A stretch of DNA of 63,127 bases, counting the filler, from Octopus bimaculoides (Eukaryota): assembly GCF_001194135.2 (NCBI RefSeq). It is 4 parts of 4 records of this genome, joined end to end, with 100 filler letters (N's around TTAATTAATTAA, not from the genome) between each part and the next. Parts side by side here need not be neighbours in the genome. Positions count along the whole stretch, not along the records: positions 36,919 to 60,805 come from NC_068988.1; 3 more parts are not named here. One strand, 5' to 3'. The translations under genes were made by a program, and so were the position numbers. The notes under the pieces are model-generated. The model saw nothing but the letters and a program-made list of their open reading frames with translations. It had not been told where the DNA came from and did no database searches. Of this stretch, positions 38,111 through 51,082 are shown in pieces; positions within the stretch are counted from its first letter, which is position 1; every line of letters starts with the position of its first letter.

Positions 38111-39524
38111 ACCCAATATGTATGGAGTTTTACGGTTTGAATACCATTGCGATTTCTGCAGTTCTTCGTGTCTGAATCGCACCTACAGCCATTCTCTCCT
38201 CTCCCGCACACAACAAAGTGACATGAGAAGGCAGGCACCCAAAGGACCATTATGTAACCCCTTAAGCTATCCATCAGAGGAACCCCGATGCCTTATAGCA
38301 ACCTCTGATCTTGAGGTTCATTAACCGGTATTTAACAAAATTCGGTCATCCGTTCTCACCTTTTTCACTGGCAATAAGATGGCGCGCGCGCGTGCGTGCG
38401 TGTGTGTGTGTGTGTGTGTTGTGTCAGTGATTGGGTTGTCAGAAATATATTGGTGGGGTACATGCTATACCGTCCCACCTCCCTCACACGATGAATGGAA
38501 GGCAAAAAGGTAACCCTTATAAGATAGGAACCTAAAGAACTAAAGCGAAATACGACCAAGAAATTCCCAAACCTCCATCTTTGAAGTATTGAAATATTTC
38601 TGGAGAAAGTTTTCAGTAGAACTCCGTCGTCGTCAATCGGATTATCGATGGAAATGGTAAATAGCTAAGAGTAAAGTGAAATATCGGAATGTAATTACCA
38701 GCCATGTTGTCATGCCCACCCGGAGGAGTCAAATAAATAAAAAAGAAATCGAAAAAGAAAATAAAAAAGCATCAAACAAACCGGCGAAATCTAGAAATTT
38801 TTCAAGAAATGATCAGAAGTGATGGCCTCCTACTTTCCTCTTCTCTCCCCTTCCTCCTACTCCTGCTTCCATAGCAGCAACGGACATTTCCTCATCCCTT
38901 CCTTTACTTCTCTTATAGTTGTGGTAACAGTGTACCTCGTCTTCTCTCGCCATATCATCGTAGTAATAGTAGTAACAGCAGCAGCAGCAGCAGTAGTTTA
39001 CTTCACCGCCTCCTCCCACCACTCCTCCTTCACTACGAGCTGCAGCAACAGCAGCAGCAGCAGCAGATTAAATAAATGTTTAACAGAGTCGACAGCTTCA
39101 AAAGAGACATGAACTGTAAGCAACTGTTATTGAGCGGACGGATGGATGTCTTCGAGGAATGCAAGTTTCTCTGTAGATGTGTCAGGGCAGTTGTTTATCG
39201 ATTTCTATCAATTTTCTTCATAATAATCAAACTATTCTAGCGTATTTAATAAAATCGGATAATTCTGAATATCTGTGAATGCATGAAGACGGAGCGAATA
39301 TAATATTGCAATATGTCCACAAACGTTCACCTTGTCATTCATTTGTTTTAAACGTGATGTATGTCCTTGTTAGATCATTTCCACAACACTTCACGCTTTT
39401 CCCTTCCTGCGAAGTCTAATCTCGTCTGCTGAATTTACACGTTGGAAATATTATAATATCTAATAATCTTCCCCTCGATTAACACAGAGCCGTGTTATAA
39501 TCCATTTTCTTTAGCCTTTTAATG

Positions 39525-39690
39525 CCAGGGTTCGCAACTAGATTTCGTATGGCCCTTGGTGGCCCATATAAAGATTTTGTTGTTAACATTTATGTGTAAT
39601 AAGCTGTTTATACTTCTAAAATGCACAAAATATTTTAACAATTTTGTTTATAATACAGTTCCTAATGATATGTAATTATAAGAATAGCTT
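39525..39690. mobile_element. Decayed copy of the 16298-type hAT MITE, followed by a SINE
   Basis: Shared internal CCCATATAAAGATTTTGTTGTTAA..TTTATGTGTAATAA with 48760-48998. Confidence 0.55.
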
Positions 39691-39693
39691 TTA

Positions 39694-39875
39694 TCTTTTA
39701 CTTGTTTCAGTCATTAGACTGCGGCCATGCTGGGGCACAATGAAGAATTTTAGTCGAACGAATCAAACCCAGTACTTATTCCTTATACAGTCTGGTAGTT
39801 AATCTATCGGTCTCTTTTGCTGAGCCGCTGGATTGCAGGGGCGTAAACATAAAAACAGCGGTTGTCAAGCTGTGG

Positions 39876-39920
<45 letters not shown>
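39694..39920 (-). mobile_element. SINE family A, 3' half
   Basis: Tail and 3' region motifs, (CA)n. Confidence 0.85.
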
Positions 39921-39924
<4 letters not shown>

Positions 39925-40009
39925 AATATTTGAAGAACTTAAAAGTTATGGCTAATCATAACAGAGTGAACATTGGTTTTACACCTGTAAAGCGCTTAAT
40001 AATATAGGC

Positions 40010-41507
40010 GACTGGACAGGTTCCAATGGCTGAAGACGCATAACCCCTCGAACTGGAGGAAGAAATTCGTAACGGTCAGTTGGTTTTGAAAACAAAAGGA
40101 ATAATTACTCGTGCTGCGGGACGGAGCTATCGTCCTTACGTCGGCTCCAGTCATGGAGCTGTGATGGAAGTATTCAGTGAATGGGGAATTCCAAGTCTGA
40201 AGTAGGAAACGTTTTAGACGAGGCGGGGTGGGAGGAATTGACTGAATACCTCCTTCCTGTAGATTGAAAAGGTCCCAGGGTCAAGCGAGTTGTTTAGGAT
40301 TCTTGCCCCTCTCAGCCAAGCAAAGCTTACATCGTTTACTCTCATTTGTATAAGCCCCCTGGTTGTTCAAGGAGCTTCTATTTAATTATGTATGGGGTTC
40401 CTTCCTCTTTTAAACCCCTCACGCGATTCTGCGCCTTTCTGGAATCCCAAAAGGGGACTTTATGGCTGGTTGTTCAGACGTTGCTTTTAAACGCAGTTTA
40501 ACCGATATCATTTCTGTGTCCTGTGTATTAATTAGATGCTTCCGCCGCCGATGTTTCTTTCGTTAACTCCAGATCTGATGTCGCTGTTGTTGCTAGCAGT
40601 CGCAGCCCGGTGCTGATGTTCCTGGACGTGCTTCCGGTGGTTCTGCTGTTGCTGGCCTAGCGGCCTTTTTCGACCGCCATGTTGCTGCTGCTGCTGCTGC
40701 CGCTGTAACTGTTGCTTTTTGTTATTTCTGCTGCTCGAAGCGCTGCTGTCGCCGTCGCCGCTACCATTGTTGTTATTGCTGTTGTCGGTGGGTGCATCAT
40801 CGCCTCTTATGCTGTTACTCTGGCTGCCAGAAGCAGCTACCACCTCGGTCTCACCCTCCCTCCCTTAGCTTCGCATCGACCCGCCACTGGACATCATTGT
40901 ATACCCTACACTAGTATCCTGCCTCTGCTCGCAGCTTAGGGGTGCTCACTAGAAATTTTCCTAATGTTGGGTGCACAATTGAAGGATACCCTTAAGTTGC
41001 GTCTATTAAACAAGCGTCCGTATTTGTGTGACTTTGTGAAGTGTTTGTCCACCAATCTAAGTAACGTTCTTTCCACGCATGTTTTAACATTGAGAGAAAA
41101 GGGTGGGGCAAACCAAACTACATTATGGTGGCGCTTCGTTTTCTGTGTGCCAGGGTCCGGCATATTGAAGATATGGTCCTTAAACCTACTGGACGCCAGG
41201 ACCTCGTTGTAATAAGGGGCTGCAGCGTCGAAAATCTCTTGATTTGAGGACAAGTTCCAGATTCTCTTGCTGATACCATTCACTGGGTTCCTGAACACGA
41301 TAGGTGGGTGGCAGGAGGAGGTTGTATTAATGTACGACAGCCTCTCGTATGGTTTGCGGTTGGGTCTGTAAGTGGAGTTAACGGGTGTATTCTTGATAGG
41401 CTTGGGAAGGACCTAATTATCAACGTTAGCCCCATGGGGCTCAAGATAGCAATCGAGAGCAACCTCACCTTTGTAAACCTTTTAGGCATTACGTTAGATC
41501 TGAGCTC
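40010..41507 (-). mobile_element. Penelope-like element (RT C-terminus, Cys linker, GIY-YIG), probably Hydra-like clade, 5'-inverted
   Basis: NSTYRP.RKP; HPPIV; VVWFAPPFSLNVKT; FNRRNLRVSFNCAPN; CRVYND(C)PVAGRC; IIK*KLLEQPGAYTNESKRCKLCLAE. Segment 41377-41507 (GLKIAIESNLTFVNLLGITLDL) lies on the plus strand. Confidence 0.9.
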
Positions 41508-42345
41508 GGAATTTCTTGTGAACAGAAATTGGTAAGCACGCGTACATACACACTGACACACATCACGTATATAATTACAAAATGGAACTTGAAATTTTGA
41601 AAAGAATGTGATGTGTGCCAGTATGTGTGTGCGAACGCCCACCAATGTTTTTCTCACATTAAATTCCGATATAATCATAATCTACACCATCTGAAAGGTT
41701 TTTGTAAAATTTTCATAAAGAACTACCCATTTCTCTGAAAGTTATGAGGAAACAAATTCGAGGTGTGGGCGGCTCACTTGTGTTGGTATGTTCCTTTTAA
41801 TTGACGTGTCACCATGTTTAGACATGATAAATGATAAGGTCGGAATTGTTTAAAGTATGGTTCACAAAGTTTAATGATCTTCACGGGCGTCATGACACAT
41901 TTATCATTGTAAGTGTCCTTGGGTCAAATAAAGTCCAATATATTATTATTACATGACAGCAATATATTCGACTTGTAACAGCAGTAATCAACCGATTGAT
42001 TTACGGCAAAAAAAAAAAAATGGCATTAGTGAGAGGAAATAAGAAACCCAAGACATTTCAGTATATTGTAATGCTAGTCTTAGTTGTGTTGAGGGAATGT
42101 AAGGTGATCTGAGAAGGGAACTTGACAGCGCTTAATGGTGCGTACGTGCAGTTCGATTCCCTATAAAATATATTACATATTTTTTACTGGAGCTGACAGC
42201 ACAAACACTTGTCAATATATTTGATATGCTGATAGAAAGAATTTTGTAACAGCTTCCAGTTTGTTAGATTTTTTACCTTGACTTCCTTCAAACAATTTTA
42301 CAATGTTATTTGTTTAAAACGTTACACACACACACGCACGCATGC

Positions 42346-42379
<34 letters not shown>

Positions 42380-42559
42380 NNNNNNNNNNNNNNNNNNNNN
42401 NNNNNNNNNNNNNNNNNNNNNNNNNNNNNNNNNNNNNNNNNNNNNNNNNNNNNNNNNNNNNNNNNNNNNNNNNNNNNNNNNNNNNNNNNNNNNNNNNNNN
42501 NNNNNNNNNNNNNNNNNNNNNNNNNNNNNNNNNNNNNNNNNNNNNNNNNNNNNNNNNNN

Positions 42560-43465
42560 AAGATTTTTTTGCCTATAGAGAAAGAACAAGTTTCTAAACT
42601 AGGTCCAAGGTTCCTTCATTGGAATTTCAACATCAACAACAAGGGTTTTTTTGTTTGTTTGTATGTGCAGATTTGTATGTTTTATGTATATATTCTCATG
42701 CATATAGTTACATATCCAGACATGCTCATATATATTTAAATGATAAACTTCTGGAAAGTTTTACAGATTTTTATAGTTCCAGTGATTGATTTGATGTGTA
42801 GTCTTCGAATTAGCATTCTCCTTTCAGGTTTTGAGAAGCCTAATTTCTCAAGATTGGTATTTAGACAATGTGTTACATATCCCGGGGTCCCAATAATTAC
42901 AAGTATAAACTTGAATTTGTAATCTGGATAGAGTAACTACAGAATTCATAATAGTTCGGCATAGATGTTCTCTTTATCACTGATCTTCAGCTTTATGTTA
43001 ACATCCGCTAAGCAGCTGATTTCCACAACTGTGCACAGTTTCTCTTCTCTATCCCAAATCATTATATCAGGTCTGTTGTGCTTACATTTTATCGAGGTCT
43101 TCACTGGTACATTCCACCAGAATTCCTTTTTATTATGAGTGGCTATGGCTTCTACCATATTGTGGGTTCTTATTTCTTTATCTTCGGGTTTATCCTTCCG
43201 ACGGATTTCATTATAGAGTCTCCTAGCTACAACGTTATGCTTCATTGGTAGATAAAACCATGATGACATTTTCGGGCAACTGCTTATGATGTGGGTGACG
43301 TCATCAGTGTGAACTCCACAAAGTCTGCATCGGTTGTCACATTTTACGGCGTTTCCCGCATCTCTATCTCTTTTGTGCATCAGGTACTTTCTGTTCCTGT
43401 TCCTGGATTGCAAACGCATAGCCTTCAAAGTCGGACGTAGTAATCCGTCTATTCGTCCATGATAA
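42560..43465 (-). mobile_element. R4/Dong-like RLE LINE 3' fragment (CCHC knuckle and restriction-like endonuclease)
   Basis: CRLCGVHTDDVTHIISSC; KHNVVA; HNRPDIMIWD..VVEISC; KENIYAEL; after a frameshift FILVIIGTPGYV...KICKTFQKFII* (stop 42736-42738); flanked by (TA)n and (TATG)n. Confidence 0.9.
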
Positions 43466-44169
43466 ACTGCTTTGATGTATGTATGTATGNNNNNNNNNNN
43501 NNNNNNNNNNNNNNNNNNNNNNNNNNNNNNNNNNNNNNNNNNNNNNNNNNNNNNNNNNNNNNNNNNNNNNNNNNNNNNNNNNNNNNNNNNNNNNNNNNNN
43601 NNNNNNNNNNNNNNNNNNNNNNNNNNNNNNNNNNNNNNNNNNNNNNNNNNNNNNNNNNNNNNNNNNNNNNNNNNNNNNNNNNNNNNNNNNNNNNNNNNNN
43701 NNNNNNNNNNNNNNNNNNNNNNNNNNNNNNNNNNNNNNNNNNNNNNNNNNNNNNNNNNNNNNNNNNNNNNNNNNNNNNNNNNNNNNNNNNNNNNNNNNNN
43801 NNNNNNNNNNNNNNNNNNNNNNNNNNNNNNNNNNNNNNNNNNNNNNNNNNNNNNNNNNNNNNNNNNNNNNNNNNNNNNNNNNNNNNNNNNNNNNNNNNNN
43901 NNNNNNNNNNNNNNNNNNNNNNNNNNNNNNNNNNNNNNNNNNNNNNNNNNNNNNNNNNNNNNTTATTTATTTTCGTGTTTCTTGTTTCCTATTCGCGTTG
44001 ATGACGGCTTCTTTGTTTAACAGTTTTGCATCTGTCGCTGTTGCCTTAAAAACACTGATTAACGTTGAAGAAGCAAGTCTTTCAAGATCCATATGTTGCA
44101 GAGTTAGCGGCTGGGGGTGATCGGCTGCTTTAGTTTGGACAGAGTGGACAGAGCTTCCGTGAAAGCGCG

Positions 44170-44680
44170 TGCGTTAGTGGCTTGGCTATTCAGCTGATGA
44201 TCATAAGTCCTTGAGTTCGATTCCTGGTGGCGCGATACCCCCTTGAGCAAGACACTTTATTTCACGTTGTTGCAATCCTCTCAGCTAGAGAAAACAAATT
44301 GTGACTGTATTTCAAAAGGATCAGCTTTGTCACATTCTGTGCCACCCCGAATCTCCCTGAGAACTCTGTTAAGGGTACGCGTGTCTGTGGAGTGCTCAGC
44401 CACTTGCATGTTAATTTCAGGAGCTGGCTGTTCCGATGATCGGATCAACTGGATCTCTCATTGTTGCAAGTTCGACTCCTGGCGGTGCTTTGTGTCCTTG
44501 GGCAAGACACTTTATTCCATGTTGCTCCAGCTGGCAAAAATAATATCTATATTTCAAAGGGTCGGCCTTGTCACATTCTGTGTCACGCTGAAGTTCCCTG
44601 AGAACTTCATTAAGGGTACTCATGTCTGTGGAGTACTCAGCAACTTGTCCGTTAATTTAACGAGCTGGCTGTTCCATTGA
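44170..44680 (+). mobile_element. SINE family C, two tandem copies
   Basis: B box GAGTTCGATTCC; CCTTG(A/G)GCAAGACACTTTATT and TTGTCACATTCTGTG...CCCTGAGAACT each occur twice. Confidence 0.85.
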
Positions 44681-45142
44681 TCGGACGAATCAATACTACA
44701 GCACGGATCCTGTAGTATTTGGCACTACGCGATGTCTCCGCGTTAAGTATCGTACACGGAGTGCTATTTGAAACTAATACGACTTCTGTTGAACATAATG
44801 ATTTAAAGTTATGAACTTAACTGGGATTAATTATATTTGGAGTGAGATCAAATGTAATATCGTTCTCAAGAAGAAGAAAAAATGAAATTTGATATTTGTG
44901 TGACGAATGTAAAAAATATACCGGACAAATAAAAGTATGTTAACGAACAATGGAGATTTGTTTAAATTACTGATATAGGTTTTTTAAAAGGAAAATTCTC
45001 ACATAAAGATTTTATAGGCATTTTAAAAATTTTGTTTTCATTTTTTTAATGCAAATTTTGCTACTCATTCATAGCAGAAATTATAAAATTAAAATAGAAA
45101 TAAAACTGAGACAGTTCTTATTGTTAACAATATACAAAAGCG

Positions 45143-45188
<46 letters not shown>

Positions 45189-45830
45189 NNNNNNNNNNNN
45201 NNNNNNNNNNNNNNNNNNNNNNNNNNNNNNNNNNNNNNNNNNNNNNNNNNNNNNNNNNNNNNNNNNNNNNNNNNNNNNNNNNNNNNNNNNNNNNNNNNNN
45301 NNNNNNNNNNNNNNNNNNNNNNNNNNNNNNNNNNNNNNNNNNNNNNNNNNNNNNNNNNNNNNNNNNNNNNNNNNNNNNNNNNNNNNNNNNNNNNNNNNNN
45401 NNNNNNNNNNNNNNNNNNNNNNNNNNNNNNNNNNNNNNNNNNNNNNNNNNNNNNNNNNNNNNNNNNNNNNNNNNNNNNNNNNNNNNNNNNNNNNNNNNNN
45501 NNNNNNNNNNNNNNNNNNNNNNNNNNNNNNNNNNNNNNNNNNNNNNNNNNNNNNNNNNNNNNNNNNNNNNNNNNNNNNNNNNNNNNNNNNNNNNNNNNNN
45601 NNNNNNNNNNNNNNNNNNNNNNNNNNNNNNNNNNNNNNNNNNNNNNNNNNNNNNNNNNNNNNNNNNNNNNNNNNNNNNNNNNNNNNNNNNNNNNNNNNNN
45701 NNNNNNNNNNNNNNNNNNTATATATATATATATATATATATATACTAGAGGAAAAAGGACAACAGAAACCAAGGCAGGATAGGTATCTCATGTCATTTAG
45801 GATATCTAATTAGTGTAAGGTGAACTTGAG

Positions 45831-45906
45831 GTCTTACAGCTGTTTCTGGGATATCCCAAGTGATAGGCTAGCATGTCCGTACACTAGGTATTCCGTCATC
45901 AGAGAC
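45831..45906 (-). ncRNA. Type-I hammerhead motif with long stem II
   Basis: GTCT-CTGATGA-[extended imperfect stem GGAATACCTAGTG.../...CACTTGGGATATCCC]-GAAA-CAGCTG-TA-AGAC. Confidence 0.7.
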
Positions 45907-46145
45907 AAGGTATGTATGAAAGTTCTAGACTGGGAAATTCACAGTTTATAAGGAATAAAATAGTAGATAGAAGAATAAAGAGTAAAACAGTGGATATAAG
46001 AATGCAGAGAGGAGAATAAAGTTCAGAGCTCATCTTCTGTTTGTATTCTTATATCTACTGTTTTACTCTTTATTCTTCTATCTACTATTTTATTCCTTAT
46101 AAACTGTGAATTTCCTTATCTAGATCTTTCATGCATACTCACCTT

Positions 46146-46204
46146 GTCTCTGATGACGAAGTACCAACCTACCACTTGAGATATCCCAGAAACAGCTGTA
46201 AGAC
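46146..46204 (+). ncRNA. Type-I hammerhead motif with shortened stem II
   Basis: GTCT-CTGATGA (46150-46156)...GAAA (46189-46192)-CAGCTG-TA-AGAC. Confidence 0.65.
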
Positions 46205-48120
46205 TTCAAATTCACCTTAACCTAATTAAATAGTCTAAATGACTTGAAATACCTGTCCAGTCGTTGTTTTAAAATCAACAATTTTTTGTTTGCATTATTA
46301 AAAAGTTTATATCGGACTCGACGGTCCGCTAGAAAGCAATGACTTAGTTCAGTTCAGAAAAGTTTGATGTTTAAATGAGTTAAGTTTTAGAAGAGATATT
46401 TCTCACAAATGATACACACAGGAAAACTGTCTGATAGAGAGGGGGGAATGAGAGACAAAAACAGAGGGATTGAGCATTTTAATATACTCAAGGTTGGGAG
46501 GGCGGTCATATTAGCTGAATATATCTTTCCTTTCTGGAAGTGATCTCTTACAGTAATTTAAGTAACGATAGAGTCCAGGGAAGAGGTTGTCGAGAAAACG
46601 CCGAGAGGTGCTGATTGATTAGTTATAGCCAAAAGAAAGAGTCTGGCTAATTTCTTGTTAGATGGGGTCACATTTTGGCGCAAATTCTACATAGAGTAGA
46701 TTTTGCCAATAGAATTTTGTTTAATATTTGCAGCTGTTGCTGTGATTGATTGCCAATCGAAATACATTTAACAGATGAGTAATGGTCGGGTGAGGCCAGT
46801 TCGAATGGGAATCAAGCAAATTAATAGCTGCAGTTCTCTGAAGTTACTAGATTTGATCTATATATAAACAGATTGGCTGCTTGTTTCTCTGCGATTGGTC
46901 AAGTGATGTAGACACCTTTGATGAGATACCAATAAGGATCGAAAATCGATTAAGGTTGTCCATTAGTTTTTGTCGATCTACTGTATATTTATCTGAGTAT
47001 GTGCGTGTATGAATGAAAGACTAACAAACCCGGGTACAGAAGGCTAGCAGTGGCGAAATCGCTACACATTGCAACCATTACATATACTGCTGATGTTTTT
47101 TTTTTTTACTCTGTGATACTTATCTACAGCTGCATGGACTGAGCTAATTAAGAGTTAAGTGTCTTAGCCAGGAAAACAACTCTCTCAGTTGGTTATCTGG
47201 TATACTATCAATATGGTCAATCGTGCTCTCGCGAGATGAGCACGAAAACTGTAAAATCAATTCCTGCTTAGACAGACAATAGGTTTTAGTGTAAATGGGT
47301 GAGAAACACGAAATACGGCTGTAGTTTAGAAAGTGGAAATTCATTCACGCAATTACTCTCTCTTCACTCCCTCTTAAAGCAGAAGAGACCGGCACGCTTA
47401 TCTTCTCTCTCATTTCGACCTCTCGGCAGTATTCTTGAAGGCAACCAATAAAGGCAAATCTGAAACTCTTCACCATGGCAGCAAAGTGACGTCATGGAAG
47501 TTAACAAAGGGCATTATTACCGAAATGGATATTACCATTATTATCTGCTAAAAATTGTAGCCGCCATAACTCAAAATGATTACCACGTGACTTGAGTTTT
47601 CTGGGAACGATGATTGAAGAGGAAGTACTCCATTCTCCGATAGATTCGTATATCGATCCATCTACCATCATATATGACAAACGAAATAAAATTAAAAACA
47701 AACGCATTAATAAGTTAATTTCAATTAATTACATATTTCATAAATTAGTGGCAGCAATAAAATATTTAATAACTGTAATTTTTAACATTGCATCTCCAAA
47801 ATTAATCAATATTTTTGTTTATCATTTTCATGTTTATTTAAGAATAATGAGTCTGCGAACATTATATTATAATGTATATGTATATACATATACATTCNNN
47901 NNNNNNNNNNNNNNNNNNNNNNNNNNNNNNNNNNNNNNNNNNNNNNNNNNNNNNNNNNNNNNNNNNNNNNNNNNNNNNNNNNNNNNNNNNNNNNNNNNNN
48001 NNNNNNNNNNNNNNNNNNNNNNNNNNNNNNNNNNNNNNNNNNNNNNNNNNNNNNNNNNNNNNNNNNNNNNNNNNNNNNNNNNNNNNNNNNNNNNNNNNNN
48101 NNNNNNNNNNNNNNNNNNNN

Positions 48121-48201
<81 letters not shown>

Positions 48202-48759
48202 ATTTCAAATGCCAATAGTTTTACAACCGCCAGATATTATTGTTTCAATACAAATAACGTTGCTCAAAGAATAGCTAAACGTAAACCAAATTTGTCTTTT
48301 ATTGTGGTGTTTTCCTTCATATAATACTGTAGTATTGGAAGCATCAAGAATTAACATTTTGGAATGTTGCCCGTCATATGACAACGGTTAACTTCGGAAG
48401 TCTATGTATTGCCACCCTGGGTAACATCAGGAAATATGGCATAATTAATTAATTAATAATTAATTAATTTTTATGAAATTTCTTGGTTCTTATACAAAAC
48501 GATGAATACCAATTTTGAAAAGAAAAACAAATATTTCTTGAAAATGAAATTAAATAAACAAATTTCTCAGTTGTATAACTATTCTGTCATTTACTCTCCC
48601 CCCTCATTCTCCTCCTCTTCCTCCTCCTCCTGGTTCTATAGTTGTTTCTCTCCACTCATCCTACACCTCTTATGTTAACTTCTCTCTCTCTTTTACCTTC
48701 TCTCCCTCTCCTATACGATGTAAAGCGTGACTGGAGGAATCAATCAACCAGCCACCCAG

Positions 48760-48998
48760 CTAGTCAACCAGTCAACCGGGATCCATTTCACCGTTGGAGG
48801 TCCCCAAATGATTTTGTTGTTAAAGTTTATGTGTAATAAATTAGTTACTCTTCTACAACACAAAATATCTTAACTTTTTTAAATACAATTCCTAATACTA
48901 TTTAATTATAATAACACTATAGGATTTTTTAAAACGCCGAATAATTATGACTAAAAATCAAAGAGTTTCATAGGTAAAAAATGATTGAGAAACACTGA
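48760..48998. mobile_element. hAT-type MITE, same family as 16298-16552
   Basis: Right end AAAAAATGATTGAGAAACACTG and shared internal sequence. Confidence 0.65.
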
Positions 48999-49276
48999 AA
49001 TAAGCTATTTATTATATAATCATTTCAGATTTGAATGACGTATGAAACCGTCACAGATGCGACAACAGCTTGTGACGGCCATATTTTCGTCTCATGTTTC
49101 TGTAATACATAAATCTCCTGCAAAAGCAGACGACACTGTCACACGCATATGTAATATATAATATTGAAAAATCTTATGAATAAAACAGCATAACAAATGA
49201 ATAATAACTGGAAACGAAAGCGATATTTATACTTTGTGTTAAGTTAGAAAATATCTTTATAATTTTGAGCTTTTCA

Positions 49277-49364
<88 letters not shown>

Positions 49365-49893
49365 GCGGTATTTTTTCTTCACAATAATCATGATAATTCT
49401 CAATGAAAATATTGAATCTAGTTTCAGTAAATTTCGTTATTTTTCTTAAAGTTTATCAAATATAAAGAGACAAAGCGATACAGATCAAAGCACGATGGTA
49501 ACCATAGCGACGACGTGTCTCGGCACATGAATGTAATGTTGATGTTTGTTTTTAAATATCATCTTACTGCTAAGTCTGGAATGTGCGCGCGCGCGCGTAT
49601 GTGTGTATACATACATATATTCATGTATGCGTGTGTGTATGCATGTATGTATGTATGTATATATGTATATAGTTCGATGACGGCTTATCTAGCCGAAACT
49701 TCGAAGTCACTGTTAATTTTATTCTTCTTTATAATAAATTTATACTCTACAAAGGTATGTAGTAACTCTTCAGATTAACGTACAATTGTTTTTATCATAA
49801 CTGAAAAGAAAAACAAACAGACGCACACACAAAAGCACAGACACAAGTACAAACACACACACACACACACACATACGTGTGTGTGCTTGCGTG

Positions 49894-49931
<38 letters not shown>

Positions 49932-50874
49932 ACATATATATATATAATATATATATATCTGTGCTTATCTGTGACAATTTATCTCAAATATCTCCCCTCG
50001 TCATTTTTCAGTTTAACCTACTTTTAAGCTTTTTCAATAAGTTTACCTCGGCAACCGATATTGCACNNNNNNNNNNNNNNNNTATGCGGAATCATTCATT
50101 TCGTAATGGTGCAGGTTAGAAACTCACTTTTGCATAGCGAGGTGTGTGCCAGTCAGTTATTGATGAATTGATTTTAAACGAGATTTACTTCAATCAGGGC
50201 AGATTTCGAATAAGTTCAAAAGACAAATATAATATTTAAAACATAAACACAAATGAACATTGATGCATTGAATTGAGGTAAATTAAGTGAAATAAAAAAG
50301 AAAAAAAAAGAAAAAGAAAATTATTTAATTTTAATTCGAGCAGTTAATGAATCTACATGAAACGTGGTGCTGTTTGTTAGTCGAAAATTTCTCAGAATTG
50401 GGTGTCTGCACAGGTTAATACCTTGTTCGTTTGATATAACATTATGTTATAATTTATTACGCCAAGGTGTATCGAAAGAATTGTCAGACATGGTACGGCA
50501 TTAACTCCCCTCCAACCCCATCGTTATCTCGACTATAACCCACAAAATGTCAATGAGTATTACTACGCATCGGACATAGAAAAAAATTGTAATTTGCCCT
50601 AAATATTCATTGCAAATCGACTGCTTATCCACTGCGTTTAAGCAAAAAGGAATTGTTTAACATACAGTTTAGCGGTTTAAGAAAATAAAATGGAAGTTGC
50701 CCAGGAGTTATGACAGTGACATCCCATAATTTCATAAAGAGACCATTAAGAGAATTGGTGAAATCCCTTAGTTTTATTAACATGACTTCCTTATTACGGC
50801 GCATCCACTGGTACCTGCTTGTATGGCACCTTTTAGTGATATCTTCAAGCATTTCAATAAGTCCACCGTTCCAA

Positions 50875-51034
50875 CGTATTTATACCCTGCAAAGAACACC
50901 ATTGAGAAGACAGTTCGGTTGCTTGCATGTCGACGCATGATAGCCAACACAGCGACATGTGAGCAATGCAACAACTTCTGAGCCGCACCCAAAGAACCGA
51001 CAGGATGTGTTGGTGTTGTTCCTGCCCATTTACG

Positions 51035-51035
<1 letters not shown>
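50875..51035 (+). pseudogene. Probable Merlin/IS1595-like transposase N-terminal zinc-ribbon remnant
   Basis: EKTVRLLACRRMIANTATCEQC, then after a frameshift TQRTDRMCWCCSC. Confidence 0.5.

Positions 51036-51082
<47 letters not shown>

Larger units (their letters stand above)
45777..46258. repeat. Long inverted repeat of two Penelope pLTR-like arms (~240 bp each, 17-nt spacer)
   Basis: 45777-46015 is the diverged reverse complement of 46033-46258. Confidence 0.92.

Noticed and set aside
40250-40900. Selenocysteine recoding in the Penelope element (as in some Naiads)
   Set aside because: The readable Cys codons are TGT/TGC rather than TGA, and the endonuclease is C-terminal, unlike Naiads.
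46700-46910. Cluster of CCAAT/ATTGG boxes with a TATA-like run
   Set aside because: Short motifs in AT-rich DNA with no adjacent supported first exon.
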